From NCBI GenBank assembly GCA_047967505.1, contig CM106538.1: a DNA stretch of 64,000 bases; one strand, written 5' to 3'. The notes under the pieces were generated by a model. That model saw only the letters and a list, made by a program, of their open reading frames with translations. It did not search any database and was not told the DNA's origin. The number at the start of each line of letters is the position of its first letter. Position 1 is the first letter of the stretch. The DNA is from Dipteris shenzhenensis (Eukaryota). Positions 13,915 to 26,050 of this stretch are shown here, in pieces. The position numbers and the translations under genes are program-made.

Positions 13915-14734
13915 TCCAAAAAAATTTTCTTTTCTTCAAATATTTAATTTTAAAACTCTATGGCACATCTAAAGATGTGTCTGTCTGTTCTGTGGTGCAC
14001 ATGATCTATAGGCACATCTAAAATTGCGTCTGCTCTATGTATGTAGACGTGCAATTACACGTGTATTTAGATGCACTATTAAACACGCTTATAAACATAG
14101 TTTTCAAATCTGTTTTTAGCGCGCTCGCTTTGCTTTTCTTCACATTACTTATACTTCATGCGGCTTGCTTGCTTTGCTATCAACAGATCCACAGTTTTGA
14201 TGCTTAAGAGGAAGGCACCCACACTTACTTCCAAGCTTATACTTAAGAGGAAGGCACCCACACTTACTTCCAGGCTTACAGGAGAAGAGGGTGAACAAGG
14301 AAGAGAAGCAACTTTGAAGAAGGAGAAGAAGCTTCCATACCTCTATCCAAGTTAAGTCTCTTTATGGTGGATCTTTTTTGGAAGTTGCTCTCTTTGAATT
14401 TGTCCTTTGTCGTATCCAAGAAATGAATGATTTTGGTATCAGTGTTACGTTTTTGTGTCGGGTGCATGTCCTTTTCTACTTTTTAGAAAAGTCCATTTGT
14501 CGGAGCGCATCTCATAGCACATCTAAAATTGCATCTACAGGTGCGTTTAGCCTGTTTACAGACATAGATAGTCGCGTCTATAGACGCGCTGTTATACATG
14601 AAAATAGAGATGCTTCTCAGACGCGTCTATAGATGTGCTCCAATAGTAATCTTTTCCGATAGTAATCTTTTCTTCCGTTCCCCTTTCTTCTCAGCTCATC
14701 AATAATCATCTTTTTTTATTTTTTCCAGTTCACC

Positions 14735-16262
14735 ATGTGGCAACAAGCTCTTCGGGCTCACTTGATCTCCGGGAGTCTATTTTTAGGGACTTATATAACC
14801 TTTTAGGGCACCCTCCCAGTCCTACGGAGTTATACGAGTATATGACAGGTACTCTAAACACCCCCCAGGAGTTGGCACTACAGACTCCAAACCACCCCAC
14901 ACTAGCTGAGATTACCCCAGCGGAGTCAGCATAGCCCAGCCGGCTACATAGCTGAGGCCCTTCTCCCATGTCATCTTATGTCCCTTCCCCCATGCCATCT
15001 TATGCCCCTTCCCCCATGCCATCTTATGCCCCTTCCCCCATGCCGTCAGGAGGTCATCCTGTCTCACAGAGTCGTCATCATACTCCTGTGTAGTTGAGAC
15101 TCGGTTCTCTAGCTACGAGTGGTCCACGTAGTCCCGTGCAGTCTCTAGCTATGAGTGGCCAGCGTACTAGCTTGACACGACATGGTAGCAGGCATAGTAG
15201 CAGGGAGAGCGGTGGGGGATGCATGGCACAGTGCTTTGGGGGGGGTGGTGGTAGGGATGATGATGATTTGGACGTGCCTCTGGGTGATGGTACGATCTTC
15301 TATGATATCACTCAGACAAGAGGCATCTTGATGGATACACGGGGGAAGGACATCATGGCCTTCATGCGCTCTATAATTGCTAACAATTACAGAGATTGCT
15401 TTATCCACTACAAAGGCCAGACAAAGAGGTTGGCTGATGAGACCCTCGCTACTATTCGGTCTAGGTATCCTAACCCCCCCAATCGTCAGTTCACAGATAA
15501 ATGGGCCAAGTCAAAGATCCTAACCCCCCCAATCATCAGTTCACAGATAAATGGTCTAGGTATCCTAACCCCCCCAATCGTCAGTTCACAGATAAATGGG
15601 CCAATTGTTACGATACTTGGCAATAAAAGATCTTCGCTTAAGAGGCAGGCATTAGCGGAGCTTGCCAGGCTCGAGGGAGGTCAACCACCAAGGGGCCTGC
15701 CCCACACCGCTCATAAGCGTGAGTGGAAGAAAGCAATGAAGTCAGCGAGGGAGAACCCCAGTCTGCAGCACGTGGAAGCATGAAGGATCCAGATGGAGCA
15801 ATATGGAAGCGTGCATTTTGGAGCAGGGGTGTTGAATCATGGGAGGCCCAATTTGTAAGTATCAATCTCAAATTATATTGCTTATGTAGTTTATTAGGCT
15901 GTTTCTTTGTACTAACCCCTCCGTAAATTGTGTCGTCTTGCAGCTTGAGATCGTGGGCAGATACCCTACTCCTGTCGAGATAGCCTACCACTGCCACAAT
16001 CGCAGAGGAGATACATGGAAGCACTTCTATCATAACGGGTTGATTATTGAGGAGCAGTATATCTGGGCTACTGGAGCGGCCCCCGAGGTATTTGAAAGTA
16101 GTTAATAATGTCAATATTATAAGTAAAGATTTGATTTTTCATACATTGATATATGTTGTCCCTTATTTACAGGTCCCTACACAAGAAGACGAGGAAGGAG
16201 GCAGAGAAGGGAGCACAGAAGGGAGCGTGGAAGGGAGTGAGGACGTCAAGAACATAGATTAG
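14735..16262 (+). pseudogene. Second (TnpA-like/accessory) gene of the CACTA element, transcribed divergently from the transposase; degenerate
   Basis: Lies inside the TIRs. Long Pro/Ser-rich then basic reading frames (14737-14934, 15094-15783) with GT-AG introns (~15856-15943, ~16088-16172) and internal tandem duplications. Function inferred from position only. Confidence 0.5.
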
Positions 16263-16962
16263 TCGTAGAAGTAGTGCTAGCTACTCTTTTTTGTACTTAA
16301 AGCCACTGGCTTGGCTTCGTGCCTCTCTTGTATATACACTCCTCTTATTTTTTGTACTTAAAGCCACATGATGTGGCTTAACTTCGTGCTATATGTACAT
16401 ACAAGCACTTTTTGAGCTTTCAATTTTATTGTGTTTTGGAGTTGTAATTTTTTATTTGGAATTATAATTAAAATGCAGTTGGCTGTAAGAATTGAATTAC
16501 ACAATGTGGAAATGGGATTCTTGTAACTATATAGCATACACAACATACACAGCATTCTGTAAATTTAAAAAAAAATATATTATGTAGCGCGTCTATCAGT
16601 GCATTTATAAATGTGTCTATATACGCGTCTGTTTGTTTGGGAAGCATCTATTTGCACGTCTATAAAAGCATCTATAAGACCATTTATAAATGCATCTATA
16701 CACACGTTTAACGATGCGTCTGTTTGTTTTTTAAATTTTTTAGCAGAGTGTCTATTTAGGTGTCTAGATGCATGTCTATACGTGCATCTGTCTGCTATAT
16801 AGATGCGCTGTTAGATGCGGGTCTCTAGACATGCAAATAGACGTGCCCGTAAGTTTTTTTTAAAGTTCAGTAAATGCGTCTGTGTGTGTGTCTGTGGGCG
16901 CTTTGTCTTGTTGTGATGGTTTGAATAATATTCATGTTTGTTTGTGTTCTTTTTTTCCCTAG

Positions 16963-19574
16963 TTGCACCTGTTGTGTCTGCATGTTCTTATGTTAAAAAA
17001 ACATCACCTAGTCCAAATTCAAGTCCAATGGTCGTTGGGACTCCTAGTAGACCTCCAAAGGAGAATCTTTTGAAGAACTCATCAATTAAGAAAACTCTGC
17101 GTCGTTCTTTGAAAAGCTCGTTTCAAGAAGTGGCTGAAGAAGCTTATGCCCAAGGTGAGCTTTTATTCTTCTTATGTAGGCAAATTCTGGGAAGTAATTA
17201 ATTTTAATTGTATTCTCTTTTGTACTTTTGTTTTTGCTAGTAAAGAAGCTAGTTCAAAAACATCCGCCGGAGTACGTTAGCTTTAAGTCTACGATAACTT
17301 ATGTGCATCGCAAAAGTCACACTAGTTGTTCAGTTCAAGAGGAACTAAAGAATTGCACACCAAAGAAAAGAGAAAATAATGTTATTATCATTGATTAAAC
17401 CCCCACAAAAAACCTATGTTTTCTTTTTGAATTATTGATTTGCTTTTTTAAAGTATTGGTACACAACATTGTGATGTTGACCTATTAGTGCCTATACTAT
17501 TGTTTTCTAGTTATCATATATTGAAATTCTATTGTTGTGAAACATTTGGAAGCTATTGTGAAAAATTATTATTTGCAAAGGATTTCATTTTATTGTATTA
17601 CATTAAGTGCACCCTTAATAATTTGTAATACTTAAGTATTATTTTCGAGCAATAATGTGCATCACTTTCATTTGTATTGGCATTTGCAGCTAGCAAACAA
17701 CTCATCTGCAAGGAAGATAATGACAAAGTGAATTCTCATAATGTTCGTAATCATGTCAATCAATTTCAACCATCCTTTCATAATGTTTCATCTATATCCA
17801 AAGCTATCATTCCTTCAAAGGAGAACTTTATAGGAGGTGGAAATTCCTTAGTGTCACTTCCAATAACCAAACTTTCAGATTGTAATGCTGAAAGATTTGT
17901 ATTTGAAGGCAAATTACTTTCCAAATATGGTACGTATATAGTATAAAATCCTAAATGCCCCACCTTTCTAAAAGGAGATTTTACCGATAAGTTTTGTTCA
18001 CACACAATCACACTACTTATTCCTTCTACCTATATTCATCAATTTGAAACTTCTTACAAGTTGGGGAATTTTATAGAGTAGAAGCTACTAGTATCGTAGT
18101 GAAAGGTCCATTTGAAGGTGGTACTTCCAAGTTCTCTCTACTCATTGATGCAACCACATGCATCATTAGGGGAGAACCCTTTGAAGGAAATCTTTGACTA
18201 TTGCCAGACCATTCCCTCTGTATGTATGTTCAATGGGTAGCTGAGATGGTGAACATCGCAAAGCTGAGCATTGCACAAGTGATGGGGACAATTGCAATAG
18301 TCATCATCAAAGTTGCAAACGAGGAGGGAATGGCTGACCAAATAATTGTTGCGGATGTGGACCATGAAATGAGGACAGGGCTACGGTAAGTTAAACCTAC
18401 ATTCTCTAATTTGGTGATTGGAACTCAAAGTAATTAACATTTAGCTTACTCTTACATAAATTGTTGTGCAGCTTTCATTTGTCAATGAAAGGAAACCGAC
18501 GTTAACTCAACTTGTCCAAGAATTTAATGACGAAGGTGTGGTGATGTACATCTTGAAGAATGTGTCATTCTTAAAGGCAAAGAACATTATTTGCATGTTT
18601 GACTTTACCAAACCTACCGCATGAGGTGGCACAAGTGGCCTCAAGACTCTTCACACTCACACAACTGTAGGACACTCCTAGGTCTCTAGGACCACACACA
18701 CTAGGACTCCGATAGTTCCAACAAATACCCCTTCGGAGCTAGGGTGAGAAACTATGACATCATCCAGACTATGCATCCCGGGCAATCTTAGAGGCTAACA
18801 GCTGAGCATAATTTAGAGGTGGAACCAAGCACTCTCATGGCTTAGGTGTCAACGTGATCAGAGACTCAAATCTGAGCATGGATGCATGACCAACTCATAG
18901 GTCTAGAGAGTGCACCAACGTCCTGGAACTCGGCCAAGCTTGATAAAGGAAAGACATAACAACCCCCCTGTCTCCTAACTGGGTACATGGAAATAAGTGG
19001 AGCCTTTTATAGGACAAGGCACACAAAATGACAAATTATTACATCATTTTAGGGGGACTACCCAAGGCAGAGTACCTAACACACATGACTCTAGAAAGCC
19101 CACTCTTCATCTATCACCTCATGGAGGGATAGACCAGAAATAGCAACAGTGCAAACTTGAAAGCAACTTTCAGTAGCCAAGTGTCACAGCTAGGATATGG
19201 GACCAAGGTGAATTCTTTCTTTTACATTTACTTATGCTATTTATTTGAAGCACTTGCTAACTCCTCTTAAGCTACAAGTGTTTGGGATTTTATGCTTCAC
19301 GAATGTTAATGCTGATCTTGTGGAGCATGTGTGTGACTCTTGTGGTAGTTTATGAGTGAGCAGGGACCCTCTTCGACCATATTGTTACTCTTGCCAAGCC
19401 CCTACAAGCATCAGTCAAGTAACTAGTTTGAGTGGAGACATAGTTCAACGTAGTGGTGAGCAAATCCCTGTGCATGTTAGAGAGCCCTACATTGATGTCA
19501 TACTTTCATTGGGTGTACCCTTCCTTGATGATATTGGCACGAAGTACACTCAAAACATCAAAACCCAGTGGTAG
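16963..19574 (+). pseudogene. RPA70-like OB-fold/zinc-finger ssDNA-binding protein gene of the Helentron, intron-containing, degenerate
   Basis: Reading through stops gives RFVFEGKLLSKY...ITLLIP...HQFETSLQVGEFYRVE...F.LLIDATT, an OB-fold-like pattern. The C-terminal exon has VCDSC...PYCYSC, a C4 zinc-ribbon pattern like RPA70 DBD-C. Plant Helitrons are known to carry RPA70-like genes. Confidence 0.55.
18622..19121. mobile_element. ~500-bp insertion with terminal inverted repeats (solo-LTR-like or MITE) inside the RPA-like gene
   Basis: Begins TGAGGTG and ends CACCTCA (perfect 7-bp inversion, TG...CA). Sequence is non-coding and interrupts the RPA-like reading frame. No 5-bp TSD seen. Confidence 0.55.
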
Positions 19575-19742
19575 CTTCACCATAAATAGCTCTCGTTTTG
19601 CAATTTCGTTCGAACCAAATATCTAAAGCATTTCTTGGGACTTGTAATTGATTTTTTTCAACTATAGCATTTGCTACTTACTTTGTTATCGTTATATTTT
19701 TTGTAAGCATCAATTGTTGTTACAATTTCATTTGTTAACACT

Positions 19743-20885
19743 ATGGATGTAGAGCAACTTCTACTAAAGAAGAAATTGATGAAGCATTCATCTTTCATGG
19801 ATAACAATCCTTCCAACACAAATGTACTCAGTTGCATTGTGCAAATTCTTCCTAGTGTAACATATGACCAATTGTTGAGAACATTATTTGAGAGTGTTAT
19901 TTTAGAACCTTTGAATTCTCAAAATCCATGGAACATTTTCCAAACAATATCAAACGAGCCAATCCTAACAATTGGAAAAGTAAAAAATTTGCTTGTAAAC
20001 ACTGCTACCTCCATAGCATTGACTGTAGATGTCCTTAAGCAATTTAATTTGTTATTCGGTACATCTTTCACCTTTCTATCCTACAATGGGAAAAACCTTC
20101 AAGTAAAAGCAAAAGTAGGTTGTGCAAAAAATAAGCCGACAAATTCTCTGTTGTTGGAACAACAAAATCCCACTTGCTCTATTATTCCATTGGTCAAAGT
20201 AGATGCAAAACTTCCCTACCAAATATGGAATGAAGAACACCAACAAAATTTAGAAGACACAGTTTTGCAAAACCCAAGTTTGCCTGCAAAAGATATAGCT
20301 TTATTGTTCCACTCTTCATCTTCAAAACATGCTTACACAATCCAATCTACCTTAACCAAAATATATAAAGTTAGGAAATTTGTTCTTGAACCTATGCATA
20401 CTCCGATGAAGATGAACACACTACAAGAAGAGCTAAACATTCACAAACAACAAACATGCAAGAGAAAAAGAAATGAGAACAAAGCAGAACCACAATATAT
20501 AAAGAAAATACTCGATACTCCTAGTTTCCCATGTACTTGTTGTGGCTCCCTAAAGTTCTCCATGAAAATGAAGAAGCTAAAACAACATATGGCAATATTT
20601 CTCCAAAGCAACAAAACTAACATTCCAAGAACTTGCGTAAGAAGAATGTTATGTTCTCTTTGTTTTAAAGATGTTAAAAAAGGAATAATGCCATTAATGT
20701 GCACAAAGAACCTCACAATGGCCCAAAAGAAAGTTCATACAAGCAAACTCAATGACATGGAGGCACGATTAGTCTCCATTAGAATACCATTTGCTCAAAT
20801 TCGCGAGCTCTCCTATGAAGGGCAATTTGGCTTACATGGATTACAGACCAACAAAACTTCTCTCTACAAAATAACAACCATATGA
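19743..20885 (+). CDS. N-terminal part of a Helitron/Helentron Rep-helicase polyprotein (Cys-rich, DUF6570-like), truncated by deletion
   Basis: 380-aa ORF with FPCTCCGSL, LCSLC and LNDMEARLVSIRIPFAQI...GQFGLHG, a pattern that precedes the Rep domain in Helitron-type proteins. Rep and Pif1-helicase motifs are absent. Confidence 0.6.
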   Translation: MDVEQLLLKKKLMKHSSFMDNNPSNTNVLSCIVQILPSVTYDQLLRTLFESVILEPLNSQNPWNIFQTISNEPILTIGKVKNLLVNTATSIALTVDVLKQFNLLFGTSFTFLSYNGKNLQVKAKVGCAKNKPTNSLLLEQQNPTCSIIPLVKVDAKLPYQIWNEEHQQNLEDTVLQNPSLPAKDIALLFHSSSSKHAYTIQSTLTKIYKVRKFVLEPMHTPMKMNTLQEELNIHKQQTCKRKRNENKAEPQYIKKILDTPSFPCTCCGSLKFSMKMKKLKQHMAIFLQSNKTNIPRTCVRRMLCSLCFKDVKKGIMPLMCTKNLTMAQKKVHTSKLNDMEARLVSIRIPFAQIRELSYEGQFGLHGLQTNKTSLYKITTI

Positions 20886-21502
20886 CTTTACAATCTCTAA
20901 ACACATGAGCACTCAATTCACATTACGAGGACATACTTGAAGAAAAAAGTTTGCTTCATGCAAAAATTTTATGCCTCCAAGAATTGCATATCAAAGACAA
21001 ACAAACAATCTCTTTGCCAAACTTCACATGTTTGCAAAACAACAAAGGAATTGGTATTGCAACATGTTTCAAAAGTAACTTCACATTGCAAACCCAAGAA
21101 TACATAACCATCAAACAAACTAAATGCTTGTTAATAATATTCACAACAAAAAAACAATCACAATTCGCAATAATTAACGTTTACAAGTCACCTTCCTCAC
21201 CGCAATCAACACTAATATCTTCATTGCAAACAACTCTCGCTCAATTTAATATAAAAACACCAACGTTCATCTTAGGTGACTTCAACATTGATTATAATTC
21301 CAAAAATATAAATACAACAAAACTTTATCAATTCCTCCATAAACAAAACTTTCACCAACTCATAAACGACCCAACAACTATACATGGGTCCACAATTGAC
21401 CATATCTGGACAAACATTAAAAAAACAACAATTCTAAGCAGAACAAACTACATATATTGGTCCGACCATTCCCTTGTTTACACACCTTTGAACATTGACT
21501 AG
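20886..21502 (+). CDS. Apurinic/apyrimidinic (EEP-family) endonuclease domain, C-terminus of the Helentron polyprotein (frameshifted)
   Basis: ILCLQE, INVYKSP, ILGDFNID, STIDHIW and WSDH motifs. The stop codon overlaps the right sub-TIR, and no RT domain follows. Confidence 0.85.
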
Positions 21503-21767
21503 GGCAGGCCTCGTGAATGAAATTCACCTTGTTTTCTCTTTGACTCCCAAAAAGTAGAGATTTTGTTTGGGAGGCCAAAGCTTAAGCCAAAAGGCAAGTA
21601 GCCACTCCATTTCGTACTATTTTTAAAGCAGCTCAAGAAACCCATCATATCCAAAATTCTTTTATTATAATACTTGACTAGAAGCTTAAGTCAAGATTGT
21701 TCGCGGATCTACTTTAATTATGTAAAATAACTTTTAGCCAAAAACAACTCCTTTATCCGTTGTTATG

Positions 21768-22944
21768 TCAAAGCACTGCAGCTGATAGGTGAGGGTTGTT
21801 CATCACTTTTGGAGCTAGTTTCATCTTTTCATTCACCTCTGATTGCTCCAACATATAAGTCCACCGGTCTTGTAAAAGATAAACAGTGGCCATGATTGCA
21901 ACTTGAATAGAAAAGAGCACGTTCCATATTTTCAGACTCTTTCGGACATGGTTCTCATATAATGTGAGGCCGATGTAGGTGTTGATGATACCGAGGATGA
22001 TTGTAACGTGCCCGAGGAGCCAATGCGTGAAGTACCAATACCCTCTTGCGGGACTCCCTCTGCGGTGTAGATAAGGATAAATCAAATACGCAGTGAGCAC
22101 AGAATTGCGGACACGAGGAGGTGGGATATATTGCAAAGTAGAATAGATGTTAGAATCGAGAACCGGTACGAGCTTTACCTTTTAGGCCTCAGGAATCCAA
22201 CAATCGGCGCCAGCCAAGCTGAGAGGTACAGCGCCAATCCAAGCCTGTGATGTGTATGACGGAATTTATTTCCGAAGTACTTAAGTGAGATAGCTCCTCC
22301 GATCACTGAGAATCCGACCGCCAGGAGCTAGAACGAATTGGACGCGAAGCATCAAAATCAATGGGACGATGGTCAGTAGCTGCTAGCTCACTGCTATTGT
22401 GACGAGAAAAAATGCAAAGAGAGGAAAGAACATCCGTGCGAGGGTTGTAAGCTCGAGCTGCGTGCGGAACAAGCGGCATGGCAAGAAAGCTTAACCGCGA
22501 AGAGTGAGATCTAGAAGGATTCAACGTCAGACCTGCAAGACAAAATGGGAGTAGTATAACGCCTCCATTCTTTTCGGGGACGCCCCGCTTTCAGCCGATA
22601 TTTTGGACATTCTGATGATGATGGTTCCGAGCGGCATAAGAAAGCCCATGGAAACCCACAACAGCCAGCCATGGGCTGCTTCCATAGCCAACTCGTGCTG
22701 CAAGAACAAAATAAAAACGATAAGCCACCTGAAAGGAAGGTCGTCAACTCAATTGTGGCAAAGTCTGGCACGGCGATCGCAAGATATCGTACAGGAATGA
22801 GAGGTGTACCTTACGACGCGCAGTGAGGGTAGCATTTTGGGTCTGAGCGGCAACAGGCAATAGTTGCACGCAAAGATTCAAAGACAGCAATGCCCAGAAG
22901 ATAGGCAGACGTGAAAAGCGAAGGAGAAAAGCAGTGGCCTCCAT
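21768..22944 (-). CDS. Cytochrome b561 domain-containing membrane protein (246 aa, 4 exons: 22944-22810, 22697-22533, 22327-22179, 22059-21768)
   Basis: All introns are GT-AG and the spliced frame is intact. N-terminal signal-like segment, AAHGWLLWVSMGFLMPLG, YSHFVLQ, HTHHRLGL, FLRP.RG..R..WYFTHWLLG supply the four heme-ligating His positions of cytochrome b561. Region retains CpG. Confidence 0.93.
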
Positions 22945-24379
22945 GGTATTGTTCGTGGCTGAGGATAGTTCAAAAGAATGCGAAGTGAGGTAGTAAGAGG
23001 CTAGCTGTGCTCGCCCGTGGACAAAGATGAGGGTTGGCAACGATGATCAAATCATCAAAACGTGCAATGGGCATCCAGAAGATCGATTGTTGGCATGTAA
23101 GAGCAGAGACTATGCTTGTATCTCAGACGAAGGAGCATAGGTTTCTCAAAGCTCACAAGCTCCGATTACTTCCTGAGTGTCCTGCTCTCTGCTATCTCTG
23201 CGATATTTAAGCCTGGGAGTGACCGCGTTGTAGCGTCAGCTATACGTGAGATTGCTGCAGAGAGATCGCGGATCATCCCTGCTCAGATGTAGGCTCCGAT
23301 AATCAGTCCGAGGCAGCCATAGCCGAGGAGATTGCCTGGATTTGATGAAAGCTGAATGTCGAGCGGTTGCTCGTGTCGAGCACGAGGTACGTTGCGCACA
23401 GCACGCTTGCTTCTTGCACATCCATGCAAGATGGACTCGTAACCCAAGGCAGTGCGTCTTCTCTTAGTTGTGTGTGCTCTCTTAATTGTGTGCGTCAACG
23501 CCTCCACTATATTATGAGACAAAGTTGACACAGAATTGTTCATGAAACAATGGCTCTTTCGTACCTCAAATTGTTTAACCAACTTTACCAACAAGTTTTG
23601 GTAGCCCTCCCTTGGACCACCATCCAGCGATACTTCCAAGAAAAAACTCTTGCAAAAAATGACAACCTTGATGGTGATTGAGATTCACACTAGCGGGAAA
23701 GTGGTGCAAAAGTTGAATGAAAAACTCCACGGTTAGGTAACTAGTTCTTTTCTTCTTTTTCGTAGAATGATGTTCTCTTACGAAAAAGACAAGGAATGGC
23801 TATGAGCAACCTCACCCTACAAACATTTGTTATAATCGATAGTAAGTTTTTATCAATTGATATCACTACTGCATGTAATATGCAAGAACAACACAAAAAT
23901 GTTGTCTTTAAAAGTCATTTTCGATTCATGATGCTCAAAGCACCAAGTTGCACCGGGTGTATGATATCAAAATAAAGGTGGTTGAGATCTACTACAATGC
24001 TTCCTCCTTTAGGCATGATGATTTCGAAAGCTCCAAGTCATAAATCTCTATGACTTCTACATACCCTACTATATGTATTGAATGTTTTTATGCATTAGCA
24101 TTAGTACAAAATATTAGTTGATTTTCGACACAAATTTCTATTGAATTTATGAAGAAAACCTAAATTTTCTTAGGAAAAAAAATGTTGGTAGTTTAATGGT
24201 ATTTGTGTTGGAAGGAAATTGTTGATATACTCATTAGTGTCCCATGTACTTTTTACATAACAATTACATCACTATGGTCATCGATTAGATGGTTGTTAAC
24301 GATTGATGAGTATATTGATGTAAAATAGTGTTGGTATACTTGCTTAGGGCCTTCACTATGTAAAAACACTTGCATCAAT

Positions 24380-24570
24380 GTATGTATATTTCTATAACTA
24401 CACAAGGAAATAAATCACCCTTATATATGTAGAAGGGGTTTTAAGTACACTCTATGTATGTATATTTTTGTAACTCCACATGGAAATAAATCCCCCTTAT
24501 GTATGTAGAAGGGGTTTTAAGTACCCCTTATGTATGCATATTTGTGTAAGTCCACAAAAAAATAAATCCC
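24380..24570. repeat. Tandem repeat, ~72-bp unit, ~2.6 copies
   Basis: Repeated tatgtatattt...ggaaataaatc.cccttat.tatgtagaaggggttttaagtac. Confidence 0.8.
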
Positions 24571-24720
24571 CTTCATTGAACTGAGATTGAACTCAAATGC
24601 TATCTTATATACAGTGTGGGACTATGAGTCCCATTCTTCCCTATTATATGTCAACATAATAATTAATGAAAGTGCACCCAAGTAGGGTGCTATAGGATGT
24701 ACAAACATAAATGTATTACA

Positions 24721-24960
24721 AAACCCCCCTAGAAGGGACATGAATATATAAGGCGAGATGTACTATAAGAGCCCCATCTAATGGATATGAATGTTTAGGG
24801 GGAGACACATTACAATAAGACCCTCTTCAAAGGGGATATAAAACCCCCCTAGAAGGGACATGAATATATAAGGTGAGATGTACTATAAGAGCCCCATCAA
24901 ATGGGTATGAATGTTTAGGGGGAGACATATTACAATAAGATCCTCTTTAAAGGGGATACA
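24721..24960. repeat. Tandem duplication, 120-bp unit x2
   Basis: 24721-24840 and 24841-24960 align in register with only a few substitutions. Confidence 0.95.
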
Positions 24961-25694
24961 AAATCACTCTCTCAAAAAAACATGGGAGATTACAATTTAA
25001 GAAATGCACTACAATTTAGAGACAAGGTGACTCTCATCAACTACAAAAATAAAAGTGCACAAAAGTCTACAACACTTAAGACTATAATAACTAAAGCACT
25101 TAGAGGAGCCCTCATCTCCTTAATCATCACCCTTGGAGGATCCCTTGTCTCCTACATCACACTTGCCCTTGCCTCTTTCTCACTATCACATGGGGTAAGC
25201 TGCATGTACCATGAACAAATATGTTTCTTTGGTAAAGTAATGTTTCAGAAGTTAAAAGGAGCTATTTTAGACATTAAGATGTGAGACTTGCCTGAGCTAT
25301 TGCAATTTGTGCTCTCTCTGACTCAATCTTGTCAAAAGAGCCTAGGCATTATGTTGATAAGCATATTTATACTCGTTTGGGGTAGTTTGAGGTGCATCCT
25401 ATGCCAACATTCCATTATTGACCACTTCATCAATGCTAGTGTCTTGGTCCAGGTGCATGAGTTCTCCTCACCCAATAGATCAAATTTTATAGAGTCATTT
25501 AGATAAAGATATAAGGTCAAATCCAAGCCAATGGTCTATGCCATGCCATCATCCAGCATGATAATCTTTCTCTCCCACCTAGATTCACACATGCGGTTGA
25601 CAATTTTCCAATGAAAAAACTGGCACTACCTCAATGTGAGATTGATCGATGGGCTCAATTTGTGTAGCCCTTTGAGATATAAGCTCATCTAAAT

Positions 25695-26002
25695 CCACAC
25701 ACACACACACACACATACAAACACACACACGTGCATGCACACATGCAAAAATGCACATGCATGCACATGCACATGCACACACATATGCACACCAGCGCAC
25801 ACATGCACACACATGTGCATGTGCATGCACACATACATGCACATGCATACATGTGTGTACACACATGTAAAATCACACACATGTACACACGCATGCATGT
25901 GCATGTGTGCAAGTGTGTGCATGCATGCTCACACACACGCACACAGACACACATGCATACATGTGCATGCATGCACGTGTGCACACACATGCATGCACGC
26001 GT

Positions 26003-26037
<35 letters not shown>

Positions 26038-26050
26038 CACACGCATGCAC
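25695..26050. repeat. Degenerate (CA/TG)n alternating purine-pyrimidine microsatellite
   Basis: Directly visible cacacacatgcatgcac... tract; source of many spurious H/M/C/V-rich ORFs. Confidence 0.95.

Larger units (their letters stand above)
9369..16915 (-). mobile_element. Complete CACTA-superfamily transposon (7547 bp) with CACAA termini
   Basis: Left TIR CACAACAACACAAAGC (9369-9384) matches the reverse complement of the right end (CACAACAAGACAAAGC, ending 16915) at 15/16. Perfect 3-bp TSD ATG (9366-9368, 16916-16918). Many gcgtcta/tagacgc subterminal repeats. Transposase inside. Confidence 0.92.
6960..21531 (+). mobile_element. Helentron/Helitron2-like rolling-circle transposon with internal deletion (CACTA and a ~500-bp insertion nested inside)
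   Basis: Left sub-TIR GGCTTGCCC (6960-6968) follows a T run and has a nearby partial inverted copy (6974-6981). Right sub-TIR GGGCAGGCC (21502-21510) is followed by the hairpin GTGAAT-GAA-ATTCAC (21513-21527), then CTTG and a T run. Contains RPA70-like, Rep N-terminal-like and AP-endonuclease coding regions in the same orientation. Confidence 0.6.

Noticed and set aside
20951-21502. AP endonuclease as LINE ORF2
   Set aside because: It stops right after the SDH motif with no RT downstream, and it is preceded by Helitron-type sequence and followed by a hairpin terminus.
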